A stretch of DNA of 64,000 nucleotides, taken from positions 108,190,001-108,254,000 of the forward strand of contig NC_043002.1 of assembly GCF_006345805.1 (NCBI RefSeq). The letters are read 5' to 3'. Under the pieces are notes generated by a model, which worked only from the letters and a program-made list of their open reading frames with translations, did no database searches and had not been told where the DNA came from. The stretch is from Octopus sinensis (Eukaryota). Below, piece after piece: positions 24,030 through 36,533 of this stretch. Every line of letters starts with the position of its first letter. The first letter of the stretch is position 1. Both the position numbers and the translations under genes were made by a program.

Positions 24030-24839
24030 TTAACAAAAAAAATATAATGGTAATGATTGATAAAGCCACACAATTTGAATGAGTGAAGTTGATTTGACTT
24101 AAGGCAATATTTCACTTTTACTGAAATCACGAAGCCTGAAGGGATGAGACAGAAAGTTGGCTTTGGGCAGAGTATAATGCATATTTTTTCCAATGCTGAT
24201 ACATCTTGTCACGACTGACTTTTTGGCAACTAAAGGGTTACATAATTGAGTTCAGGTCAGTAAGGGTGATTTATTACTTGAAATGTTAGAAGTTTGTGTT
24301 TGGTGCAAATACATTTTAGAGTCAGAAGGTAAATCCGGGGTCAGTTTAGTTTGAAAGAAGTGGAAGGGTTGTATAGGTTGGTTAGTGCAGAATCTCTTAC
24401 AAGAGAGAGAGAGAGAAACAGAGAGAGATATTGTGAAGAAGAAACTAAATTCTCTTTAGTTTTCTTCCATTTATTTTAAAAGCAATCATATATGGAAAGA
24501 TATCATCACTGATTGAACTAAGTTTGTATTACAGATTTAAGATATGGCATAGCAGAAATAGAAAGAAAACTATGGAATTGAATATCATGGTTTGAAAGAT
24601 TCTGTTTAATATTAAACATAGCATTTTAGACGAAGGTTTCTAATGACAGCAGTCTGTGAGGAATCTATTTATATAACATTCACAGTTGTATCTTTGTTAT
24701 TTAACTAATGAAACAGTTTCTTAATCACAACAGTCTTAACACTGCTATGTAATACAATAAATAATATACTCCCACAGCCCTTAATGAATTCACTGGGTCA
24801 CCAGAATTTTATCTTGCCTATGATAAAAATGTGATATTC

Positions 24840-25233
24840 TTTTATTTGTTTCAGTCATTTGACTGTGGCCATGCTGGAGCATCACCTTTAGTCAAGCAAA
24901 TCAACCCCAAGACTTATTCTTTGCAAACCTAGTACTTATTCTATCGGTCTCTTTTGCCGAACTGCTAAATTACATGGACATAAACACACCAACATCAGTT
25001 GTCAAAAGATGTTGGGGGGACAAACACAGACACACAAACATTATATATAAATATATATATATATATATATACATATACGACAGGCTTCTTTCAGTTTCCA
25101 TCTACCAAATCCACTCACAAGGCTTTGGTCGGCCTAAGGTTATAGCAGAAGACACTTGCCCAAGATGCCATGCAGTGGGACTGAACCAGGAACCATGCAG
25201 TTGGTAAGCAAGCAACTTACCACACAGCCACTG
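24840..25233 (-). mobile_element. SINE family 1
   Basis: Reverse-strand consensus match. Confidence 0.85.
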
Positions 25234-26088
25234 CAGTGCCAATGAAAACTTTTATAAAAGATAAAATAATTCAGAGACACCATCTGCTTGAAAAATAACA
25301 GTTAAGCTAGTGTTAATATATTTAATATTAAGAGGGTCAATAAGTTAATTACAAATGATTATAACATCACAATAAAAGTGAAACATTTGAAATTATTCCT
25401 TGTACTTGCTGAAGAATTGAAAATAATATTAGTCCTTAACTTTATGGCTCTTTTAATGTCCAGTTTTCTCTCTTTTGAGTTCTATTTTGTGTACTGTGCG
25501 TCTATTTCTAGCATTCATGGTTGTCCTTAGCTGATTTTGTTTGCTTTTTGTCCCCTCTTTTATTCTTTTCTAACAAATTGTTGTGCACCTGAACACTACA
25601 CACTCTACATTTTTATCATTATAAATATTGTTTTTTCACTTCCTTGCATAACGCTTAATACTTCCTGCATTAAATATGTGAAACAGACAAAATTTGGTTC
25701 CTAAAGTAAGGACAATTCCATACTGTTTTGTAAGCAATCTCTGATTACAAGAATATCATTACAGACCATATTTTGCAGCTGCTGTCAAGTTCTCTCTCTC
25801 TCTCTAAATTTCTTTCTCTCTCTTCTGTGGTACTGGCAAAACAATTTATACTTTGACCATCTCAAAAAAAGGGTGTTTACAGGATGTGGGTGCAGTGTGT
25901 ATGGGGAAAAGTGCACAACTTGTGGAAAAGGTTAAAAGAGGTGACTGAAAGCGGACACTGTATGTCAAGTAAAGGAAGACAGCAATGAAAGCTAGAATTA
26001 CATGCATAGCACAGAGAATAAAACAGAAAAAGACAGAAACGTAGTAAACATTAAAAGAGTCTTAAAGAGGAAAGGGTGCTTAAGTATG

Positions 26089-27040
26089 TCAGGAATAAAG
26101 TTGGTGAATTTCAGGAAGCGTGGAATCTTTGAAGGATGCAGTGTCTTGACAACTAACTACTGATATGGGTAGTTTGTTCCATGCTTTCGCAATTCTTGAG
26201 TGTAAAACAAATGTTGCTGAAAGGCGAGCTGGCACAAACGTTAGCACGCTGGGCAAAATGCTTAGTGGTATTCCATCTGCCACTGCGTTCTGAGTTCAAA
26301 TTCTGCTGAGGTCAACTTTGCCTTTCATCCTTTCAGGGTCGATAAATTAAGTACCAGTTACACACTGGGGTCGATATAATCAACTTAATCCATTTGTCTG
26401 TCCTTGTTTGTCCCCTCTATGTGTAGCCCCTTGTGGGCAGTAACGAAATAAGAAATGTTAGCACGCCGGGCGAAATGCTTAGCAGTATTTCATCTGCCAC
26501 TACGTTCTGAGTTCAAATTCTGCCGAGGTCAACTTTGCCTTTCATCCTTTCGGGATCGATTAAATAAGTACCAGTTATGCACTAGGGTCGATATAATCAA
26601 CTTAATCCATTTATCTGTCCTTGTTTGTCCCCTCTATGTGTAGCCCCTTGTGGACAGTAACGAAATAAGAAATGTTAGCACGCCCGGGCAAAATGCTTAG
26701 CGGTATTTCATCTGCCACTACGTTCTGAGTTCAAATTCTGCCGAGGTCGACTTTGCCTTTCATCCTTTCGGGATCGATTAAATAAGTACCAGTTATGCAC
26801 TAGGGTTGATATAATCAACTTAATCCATTTATCTGTCCTTGTTTGTCCCCTCTGTGTGTAACCCCTTGTGGGCAGTAAAGAAATAAGAAATGCTGCTGAA
26901 AGTCATGGGTACTGCAGATTTTTTGATTTTGTAAACTTGTCCATGGATGGTAGAGGTGTTGACTTCAAAAAAAGTGGCCAAAGTAGTTGGAAAGCTGATG
27001 GATAATCTTGTAGACTTAGGTAAGAATGTCATTAAATATG
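26089..27040 (-). mobile_element. CR1/L2-type LINE 3' fragment split by the SINE trimer
   Basis: Pieces 26891-27040 and 26089-26222 translate ..FFEVNTSTIHGQVYKI.. and ..RIAKAWNKLPISVVSC..FK, typical of a CR1-type RT C-terminus. Confidence 0.7.
26223..26890 (+). mobile_element. SINE family 2 head-to-tail trimer in one TSD
   Basis: Units repeat with ~218-bp period; TSD aaatg(t/c)tgctgaaa at 26209-26222 and 26888-26901. Confidence 0.9.
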
Positions 27041-27787
27041 GAGTTGCTCGATCCAGGCTGACTCAGGGCTAAACAGTGACAAACACTTCAGATACCAGTT
27101 AATCGCTGATCTTCTAATCAGTATGGTTTATCTTATACTAATTCCTTCGGCTGTGTTTATAAACAAATGAGAGGCCAACAGAGCTTGCTTACAAAACTAA
27201 CCTCATGTATGAAATCTAAGATTCCCTGTGCACTCTTAGACTTGCTGTGCACTCATACAAACGAGTTTTAAACGTAAATTAAGCCACAGATCTTTTCTTT
27301 TTTAAATGTAGGCGGCAGAGTAGTTTATTTATGGTGTAGGGAAATAGAGCTGTTTAGTCCTAAGCCAGTCTTCATCCAAAAGATCTTTGATCAAAAGAAT
27401 TCAAAAAACCTTACGACTAGCCTGTCTTTTCAACTCTTTTTTTTTTTTTCAAAGATGGTTATGTGAATTCAATGATTTGGTTGCTATTTGTAGCAGGTCA
27501 AGTGACCAAAGATAAGCCTCCTTGATGGGTCATGTATAAAGCTGTATAATAAATAAATAAATAACCAGTCATGTGACTTGGAAGTGGTGGTCATTGTTGG
27601 CAGGGGTGATGTAATCAGGGTTTACTGATACCAAAAACTTAACAGATCACTAATTCTGGATTAGGCTAGTTTGGTTGAATTGGATGCTAAAGAGATGAGT
27701 GGTAATCATAAAATTTTCAGAGAGTGTGTGTGTGTGTGACCAAACAGTCATGACTGAAACTATTTATATCCATATATATATATATGT

Positions 27788-28089
27788 GGAGGTGCAATGG
27801 CCCAGTGGTTAGGGCAGCGGACTCGCGGTCGTAGGATTGCGGTTTCGATTCCCAGACCGGGCGTTGTGAGTGTTTATTGAGCGAAAACACCTAAAGCTCC
27901 ACGAGGCTCCGGCAGGGGGTAGTGGCGATCCCTGCTGTACTCTTTCGCCGCAACTTTCTCTCACTCTTTCTTCTGTTGGCCTGCTCACTTAGCCAGCGAG
28001 ATGGCATCATTTGAAGGCTAAAACAATGTGAAGCGCATTGTGACCAACGATGTGTAACAACATCTGATAGCCTGGTCGGTCACGGTGAT
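27788..28089 (+). mobile_element. SINE family 3 with alternative 3' tail (tail B)
   Basis: Matches 5719/8891/60441 to actttctctcactctt, then diverges (tcttctgttggcctgctc..ggtcggtcacggtgata) and ends in (TA)n. Confidence 0.85.
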
Positions 28090-28263
28090 ATATATATATA
28101 TTATACAGGTTTAGTTATGGCTGTGTGATTAAGATATTTGTTTTAAAACCACATTTTTTCTCAGCCCAGTCTCCTTCCATGACATCTTACTCCTTTGCTC
28201 AAGTCAACCAAAGGTTGGTGAGTGGAATTTCGTAAATAACTATGTACAAGCCCATCATGTGTG

Positions 28264-28306
<43 letters not shown>

Positions 28307-28307
28307 T

Positions 28308-28532
28308 GCGAGCTGGCAGAAACGCTAGCATGCCGGGCGAAATGCGTAGCTGTTTTTCGTCTGCCGTTACGTTCTGGGTTCAAATTTCACCGAGGTCGAC
28401 TTTGCCTTTCATCCTTTCAGGGTCGATAAATTAAGTACCAGTTACACACTGGGGTCGATATAATCAACTTAATCCCTTTGTCTGTCCTTGTTTGTCCCCT
28501 CTGTGTTTAGCCCCTTGTGGGTAGTAAAGAAA
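28308..28532 (+). mobile_element. SINE family 2 (tail A)
   Basis: Full consensus match within a TA/CA tract. Confidence 0.88.
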
Positions 28533-28995
28533 TATACACACACACACATGCCTGATGACTGCTGTAGCATAAAACTCAAGTTGCAAGAAAGTAATTCAGT
28601 TTATATTAATCATATACTCTACACCATATATTGAGTACTTTCTCTTTCATCTGTTGACAAACAAATTTTGAAAACAGACATCCACTGGTCTAAGAAGAAA
28701 GAATTGGTGTGCCAAACAAAAATACCCTGTTGTATTCCACTCAGCCTCCACCATCATCACCATTTAACATGCATTATCCATGCTGGCATGGGTTGGACAG
28801 TTAGACTATGGAGCCTGATGGGGCTCCAAGGCCAGCGCCTGTCAGTTTTGGCATGGTTTGTACTGCTGGATGTCCTTCCTAACACCAACCTACAGAGTGT
28901 ACTTGGTGTTTGTTATGTGGCGCCAGCATTCACAGGATCTCCAAACAAAGAACCCTCTCATTAACTAATTTCACCTCAATATAAAGTTATCAAGG

Positions 28996-29436
28996 CAGCG
29001 AACTGGCAGAATCGTTAGCATGCTGGTCGAAATGTTTGGCAGTATTTCATCTGCCATTACGTTCTGAGTTCAAATTCCGCCATGGTTGACTTTGCCTTTC
29101 ACCCTTTCGGGGTTGATTAAATAAGTACCAGTTACACACTGGGTCGATGTAATTGACTTAATCCCTTTGTCTGTCTTTGTTTGTCCCCTTTATGTTTAGC
29201 CCCCGTGGGCAGTAACGAAATAAGAAATGTTAGCACGCCGGGCGAAATGCTTAGCGGTATTTCATCTGCCATTACGTTCTGAGTTCAAATTCTGCCAAGG
29301 TCAACTTTGCCTTTCATCCTTTCGGGGTCGATTAAATAAGTACCAGTTACACACTGGGTCAATGTAATTGACTTAATCCCTTTGTCTGTTCTTGTTTGTC
29401 CCCTTTATGTTTAGCCCCCTGTGGGCAATAAAGAAA
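28996..29436 (+). mobile_element. SINE family 2 head-to-tail dimer
   Basis: Junction agtaacgaaataagaaatgttagcacg as in the 26-kb trimer; TSD aatataaagttat at 28978-28990 and 29435-29447. Confidence 0.9.
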
Positions 29437-30633
29437 TATAAAGTTATGCTGAGGTGAAATTGACTTTTTCCTCCTTTTATGGTTGTTCAGTGGACAAGAC
29501 AAATTACTGGGGTCGATACAAGCCAACAAGTCTTAACTGCAAGAAATAACAGCTAAATCTCTCTTAAATCACACTGTTCATCTTTAAAAAAATAATAAAA
29601 GCAAGACATGGAAAACATTGGGTAATGTAGTCCAGGGTACACCATCCCTGAAAACGAAAACAGGATGGAAATTCTTTGGTTTATACATCCACTAGAACAT
29701 GGCCAGTCTTTAAGCCTAACAACAATAGTTAGGGCTTACGTAATGAATACTCTCCTAGGTTATACTTAGCATGGTTATAGACCAATAACTAAACAGGAAA
29801 AAAATTGAATATATTTGTTGGATAATTTGTTCTGAAAATTGAAAATGAGTTGAGGAAAGAATAAATCTCTAAGCATTCCTCTTAATCCATTCTGCTAGAT
29901 GTCCGTCTCGTCTCGCCACCGCACTCACCTATGCTAGACACAAGCCTATCCACACATCCACTGGGGTCTGTAGATGTGGAATGAATCAGTCTCTCTTGGC
30001 AGTTTGAGTGGAGTATTAGACAGGAATAAAAGCCTCCAAAGAGAACAGGATGTAATAAATTAACCTAGGCCTGCCTCCTCAGTTTCTTTCTCTCTCTCTC
30101 TAGACACACAGACAGACAGACACTTCCATGATTATAGAGCATGGAGGAACTCCTCTTTGACTAGGTGGGATGGTTGAATAGAATGCTTGACTGGAAAATG
30201 GAACTGTGATGAAATGGCAGCTAAGGTGATGGTGGGGGCTGATATATCACAGACAATGGGGGCTTAGTCACTACTATTTAACCCCAAGTCAGACCTGATC
30301 AACCAGACCTTTAATCAAAGCTGTCCTAGCAACTATTCTCCCATCTCATCTCAAGATATAATGCCTCCGGTGCTATATTAACCAATGTGACTTTCCTTTC
30401 TCTAAAAGTGAGATTTAAGGGAATATTGCTTCTGTTTCTAGCAGGTTCAGTGAACACACAGCCCTTCCCTTTAGTGTTTAGTTGTCATGGCAACTGTAAT
30501 TGCTGCTTAAGAAAAGCAACATTGACATAAAAGAAGAAAAACAGGCAAAACAGAAAAGGACAAAGAAAGCAAGAGTAAAAACAAAATCCATGGTTAGTTC
30601 CTCTGCTAACCAGAGCCCAGGGAAGGGAAGGCT

Positions 30634-30781
30634 ATATATATATATGTGTGTATGTGTATATGTATATATATATATGTATATATATATATATGTGTATATT
30701 TATGTGTGTGTGTATATATATATACATATATACACACACATATACATATATATATATACACATATATATACACACACACAC

Positions 30782-30829
<48 letters not shown>

Positions 30830-30948
30830 GTATATTTATGTGTGTGTGTGTGTATACATGTATATATATATATTTGTGTGTATATATATATGTGTGTATA
30901 TAAATATATATATATATATATATATTTGTGTGTATATATATATGTGTG

Positions 30949-31005
<57 letters not shown>

Positions 31006-31032
31006 TATATATTGTGTGTATATATATATATG
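30634..31032. repeat. Compound (TA)n/(TG)n/(CA)n microsatellite
   Basis: Directly visible. Confidence 0.95.
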
Positions 31033-31156
31033 CTGTATGTATCTCTTACCAGAAAATGCCAAAAACGTATTTAAAAAAACCCCAAAAAACAGAAAGGTGA
31101 AGAAAATGAAGTGTTTCACTCCATTTTCAAGACTAAGTCACCTTCCCCACCACCAC

Positions 31157-31192
<36 letters not shown>

Positions 31193-31631
31193 TGTCACTT
31201 AAGCTTCAAGAAAAATAGACATGTGAGGACTGCAGTGTACTTCTTTAGTGAAGGATGGCCATTGAGGAAAGACAGGCTGAGAAGACAAAGAGAGGAGGGA
31301 GAGAGAGAGAGTGAGAAGAGAAAAAAAGAGAGTGAATGTATGTGAAGGTATGCATGTATGATTGTGTGTATGTGTATAAGTGTAAAAACTCTTGTGTGTT
31401 GTGTTGTGTTGTTGCACGTATGCCCATTCACAGATGTGTGTATGGATGTATTGGTATTTAAATAGTAAGAGCAATTGGGAAAGGAGTTGAGTGGAATTTT
31501 AGGTCAAAAATAAAATATATAATGACAGCAGTGTGTATGTGTGTGTGTGAGAGAGAGAGAGAGAAAGACAGAGAGAATGGAAAAGAGGAATTGTGAAAAA
31601 CAGTGAAAAGAAAAACAAAAAAAGAATGTAT

Positions 31632-32049
31632 AGGCGCAGGAGTGGCTGTGTGGTAAGTAGCTTGTTTACCAACCACATGGTTCCGGGTTCAGTCCCACTG
31701 CGTGGCACCTTGGGCAAGTGTCTTCTACTATAGCCTCGGGTCGACCAAAGCTTTGTGAGTGGATTTGGTAGACGGAAACTGAAAGAAGCCCGTCGTATAT
31801 ATGTATATATATATATATGTGTATGAGTGTGTGTGTTTGTGTGTCTGTGTTTGTCCCGCTAGCATTGCTTGACAACCGATGCTGGTGCGTTTATGTCCCC
31901 GTTACTTAACGGTTTGGCAAAAAGAGACCAATAGAATAAGTACTGGGCTTACAAAAAGAATAAGTCCCGGGGTCGAAATGCTCGATTAAAGGCAGTGCTC
32001 CAGCATGGCCGCAGTCAAATGACTGAAACTAGTAAAAGAGTAAAAGAGT
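31632..32049 (+). mobile_element. SINE family 1
   Basis: Full-length copy with (gtaaaaga)n tail. Confidence 0.9.
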
Positions 32050-32321
32050 ATGTGTTTTTGCTTCCAAGTATTTATTTCCATTTGTGATCACAACAGTCAC
32101 TGGTGTGGATGTTTAAGCCTAGGTCAATTCTCACTGACCAGACAGACCTTTTATTGAAAGCATTTTTGAGTCACAAACAAACATGTCATTGTTTCAGTCA
32201 TTGCAGATTTTAAGACTTCATTATCCAACACGTTCTTCTCTTTTTGAGACTGAAGGGGTCATTTGAAAGTAACTGACTGCTATTTTTAACATGTCAAGCA
32301 ACTATGAAGAGATGCTTTCAT

Positions 32322-32514
32322 GTGTCTTGGGGAAATTTCAAACCTGGGTTCTCATTCCTAAGGTAGTTTTCTATGCTATTATTATTATTATTCAAGTCAC
32401 TGCGTGGAATCGAACTCGGAATCTTGGGGTTAGTAGCCTGCACTCTTAACCACTGTGTCATAATGTAAATAATGCAAATAATGTACATAATTCCTCATCT
32501 CTAAATGTAGAACT
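32322..32514. mobile_element. SINE family 4 with 5' inversion (head+body on minus, tail on plus), ribozyme core absent
   Basis: 32322-32462 is the reverse complement of head..ccccaagacac; 32461-32514 is the forward tail aatgtaaataatg..cataattcctcatctctaaatgtagaact. Confidence 0.8.
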
Positions 32515-32518
32515 ATAT

Positions 32519-32570
32519 ATGAGGTCTGTTCAAAAAGTACCTGACTATATTTTTTCCAGTCGAAACACTT
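32519..32570 (+). mobile_element. Possible mariner left-TIR remnant
   Basis: ta-tgaggtctgttcaaaaagtacctgact resembles mariner TIR starts; short. Confidence 0.35.
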
Positions 32571-32623
32571 CTTCAGTTTCCACATACCAAATCCATTCCC
32601 ACGGCTTTTAGATAGCCTAGGGC

Positions 32624-32778
32624 CAGAGGCAGACTGAGCCATCAGTCAGTTGGGCTCTGCCTGAGGGCCCAGCGTTCTGAGGGCTCGCACTCTACATATT
32701 AACTCTATTGATATCAATGCTAAGGGGCCCAGTAAACAGTTATGCCCGAGGGCCCTTAATACTTTCAGTCTGCCCCTG
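32624..32778. mobile_element. hAT-type MITE inserted in a SINE family 1 remnant
   Basis: 14-bp TIR cagaggcagactga / tcagtctgcccctg (1 mismatch); imperfect 8-bp TSD cctagggc / gctggggc. Confidence 0.7.
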
Positions 32779-33789
32779 GCTGGGGCTATCATAGAAGACA
32801 CTTGCTGAAGGTACTCCATTGTAGGATTGAACTGAGAACCAAATGGTTGGGAAAGAGACTTGCTAACCACATAGCCACACCACTCACCCTCAATAAATAT
32901 AGCTTTATGCACTCAATACAACCTGTACTGTGAAACATTCCTGTGATCAGCTGATCACTGGAAATGGCAGGGACTCAGACTGCATCACCCCCACCTCCAA
33001 CACCAACGAACAACATTACTATTATCAGGGCATGTCCATGTTCCTTTGCCCCCCCCCCCCACCATCTTAGTATGTTGCCACCCTCTACCACCCCCTCCAC
33101 CAAAACCTCAATTAGATGCAGCCATGCTAACCAAGAAGTGCTTATTTTAATTTAATGTTTGCCAAGAATTTGCTTATCACTTTCCTACATTCTCTTGCCT
33201 CTGCCATCTCCAAAGATGAGATAAAGCATTCCCTGTTTCTTTCTACAGTTTGCTAATAACTGCTCACTCTCTCTCTTTTTCTCTCTCTGTCTCTCACTCT
33301 CTCTCTCTTGCTCTCTCTCTCTCTCTTATAAATTTTATTTAATAATACACACATCACCTACACAAACACATGCAGACTCCAAGCCTTTGTTGCTTGAACC
33401 CAATTAGGAGCAAGTGGCCAATGTCACACTGTAGCTTCTGCACATAATTCTATAAACAATCTTTTTATTGCAGAGGAGGGGAGTAAGACAAGTGACACCA
33501 TAAAGTTCAAAGGAATTAATAATTTTATTTACTGTTTTAATAAACTGTAGTATTAATATTCTGTTGAGGTGGAACCAGCTGAGTGGAATAGAGAACTGCC
33601 AGATTTATTCAACTGCAATGTTTATCCAAACTTGGTTTATTCTCTCTCTCACCAACCTCCTTCTCCACTCTCTCTGATGCACAGAGATTATTCACTTTGT
33701 TGAAACAACAGTGGCCATGTTGTAAAAATATAAATAAGTCCATTTATATAATACTCTGTATTCAAAATTTAATTCTTTCGTATTTGTGA

Positions 33790-34128
33790 TCTATCTATGT
33801 ATCCGTTCAGTCAAAGTCGACTCTTGGTTACTCGATGGATCAGTGTCCTCCAGCCAGTTCTATCCTGGGTCGCTTCTTTCAGATTGGCTATGGCCATTCC
33901 CGTGTCACTCTTGATGGTGTCAAGCCAGCGGGTTCTTGGTCAGCCTCTTCCTCTCTTGCCACTGACCATTCCGAGCATGATGTCCTTCTCCAGGGATTTT
34001 CTCCACATAATATGACCAAAATATGCCAATCTATGCTTGGTGATCCTAGCTTCTAGCGACAGTTTCGGCTTGATCTGGTTAAGAACTTCTCCATTGGTGA
34101 GCCTCGCTGTCCATGGAATCCGTAAAAG
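33790..34128 (-). mobile_element. 5'-truncated RTE-BovB-like LINE with perfect 16-bp TSD
   Basis: LLRIPWTARLTNGEVL..LEARITKHRLAYFGHIM..SLEKDIMLG..GKRGRG..RWLD..WRTLIHRVTKSR; TSD tctttcgtatttgtga at 33774-33789 and 34129-34144. Confidence 0.9.
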
Positions 34129-35978
34129 TCTTTCGTATTTGTGAATCAACACAATTTCTTTTTATGCCAGAATGAACTGGACAGAGTTTATAGAAGCAAA
34201 TTTGCTGACTGGCTGCTCTTCCTGTCGCCAACCCTCATCTGTTCCCACAAAAGGAAATATTTCCCCATGGCCAGGCATGCCCTACCCGCACACAATATTG
34301 GAAATGAATGGCACTGCTTCTATAACAGTGTCAATCATTTAACTTCTGTCACAGGGAGTCAAGACAAAGAGACACAAACATTCACACACTCACACACATG
34401 AAGATTCTTTCTGTTTCCATCTACCAAAATCCACTCACAAGGCTTTGGTCAGCCCAGGATTATAGTAGAAGACACTTTCCCAAGGTGCCATGCAGTAGGA
34501 CTGAACCTGGAACTGTGTGGTTGAGAAACAGGCTTTTTATCACATAGCCACTTATATATCTTGTGTCTTAGGAGGTTTATTATGTCAATAATAATAACAC
34601 CCACAGGTTCAATATCACTTCTTTATTGTTAGTCAACTGGTTAAACATCCAACCAAATAACTAATGGATTGTTTGTTCAATGTGCTGGTTAAACAATCAA
34701 TCATTTGTTTGTCAGTCAAAGTCCTTTTGTCACTACTCACAAACTCTCATCAATGGCTTGCCTCCTCTCTTCAAAGACCACCCTGAGTCTCAATTAGTTA
34801 GTTAGATATTTAACCAATAGACTAACAATAAAGAGGTGATATTGATTCAGAGCATGTCTTATTATTATTATTGGTGCAATGACCCTCTCAAGACACAGAT
34901 TTGTTTCAATACACAAATTCCCATCAAGAATCTTGCAAACCAAATACAAAAATGATGCATGTGTGGTACAAGCATGGCTGTATGGATTTAATGATAATTA
35001 GGGTGTTGATGCTTACTTATACCAGACACGAGGTCAAAAATTTGTAGGGAGGGATTAGATTATCACATCAACTCCAGTACTTCACCAGTACTCTATTCTA
35101 TTGATCCTGAAAGAATAAAAAACCAAGTTGACCATGGCAGAATTTGAACTCAGAATGTAGAGAGCTGTAACTCACTATTGCAGAGTACTTTATCTAATGC
35201 TCTAATAATTCTTTTAATTCACAGATCTTCTAATAATGATTCCTTACTGAGACACAAGGCCAGACATTTGTGGAATTAAAGTATTAGTCAAGTCTGTTAA
35301 ATCTTCATTACTTGATTCATACCCCAGAATGTGACCTTAGCAAAATTTGAACTCAGAACATAAAGGTCCATAACTAAATGTTGCTAGGAATTTCATCCAC
35401 TATTCTTTTAAAGGTGATGGTGGTAGCAGTGATGTTTGTGTAAAATAGGTGTTATGTTGTTCTTAGAGTCTGCTAGATGGGAGGGATTAAGTATATAAAA
35501 ATGTGTAATTCTATAAGATTTTGGCATCAGAGTAATATTTAACAGTGTTGTGTAAAAAGATGGTATTTCAAAAAAAAAAAAAAAAACGGAAAAAAAAAAA
35601 GACATCACAAATATAGAAATCTGTAAAAGAATATTGAGTTGTGTTGGGTGGGGGGGGATAATGAAAGAGCATCAGATATTCCACATCTTTTAGACAAGAT
35701 GTAATTATACATTAGAGAAGAGACAAGTTAACTTTAAGTCCAACATGTAATTAATGGCTGAGCATGAGACCGTTTTGGCTTTTTCCCTGATAGGGTGTCA
35801 GAAAACAAAAGATACAATAATTATCTATTGTGGGATTTTTTTTTCCTTAGGGTGAGACATGAGGGAGATTTGAATGCTATTTCTTGTAGGTCAAATAGCT
35901 GCATAAATGCTCCACCAGTGGCTTGTAAAAAAAGTTTATTCATTGAATAACTGATTATATTAATTTGATGAACTTTAA

Positions 35979-36400
35979 CCCTTTAGTGTTTAACCCTTTT
36001 GTTACCAGCCTGGCTGAAACTGGCTCTGTCGTACAAATGTCTTGTTTTCAAAAGTTCTGAATTAAAATCTTCCACCAAACCTTAGTCACAATTTATGTTC
36101 CTAACACTAGCTTAATGATAACTAAGTTATTTTACTAAATTCTTTGTTATATTTAAAGTAACTGAAAGAAACACAAAGCATCTCAAAATAAATACAGTAA
36201 TGAAAGGGTTAAATCGGCCATATCAGGCCTTATGCTCAAACTAGCCAGCTCTGACCTCTCACACCTACCCTACAAAGTCATTCTAAAAATAAACAGGGAC
36301 ATCATCAAAATCTCAGATTTACAAAATGCTGTACAATTAATTTAAAACAATGTAATTAAACAGGCTTTACATTTGTCAGATTAATCTGAATGCTAAAGAG
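35979..36400. mobile_element. piggyBac-type MITE B with MITE A (35994-36208) nested at an internal TTAA
   Basis: TTAA at 35975-78, 35990-93, 36209-12, 36401-04; the flanking parts match 16311-16530. Confidence 0.82.
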
Positions 36401-36533
36401 TTAAAGTGAAATACAAGTGAAGTGGAAGAATAGAAGTTGGGCATCAGAATTGTCTCTTTTTTTATAACAGAGTCAAGGGCAAAGGAGTTGGTACCCTTCA
36501 CTGTTTTTGTAGATTCTCCCAGAGTGGTTAGAT

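Noticed and set aside
30500-31119. Long ORFs of YI/VC/TH repeats (also 46383-46931, 53513-53794, 55004-55562, 56188-56514)
   Set aside because: These are translations of dinucleotide microsatellites.
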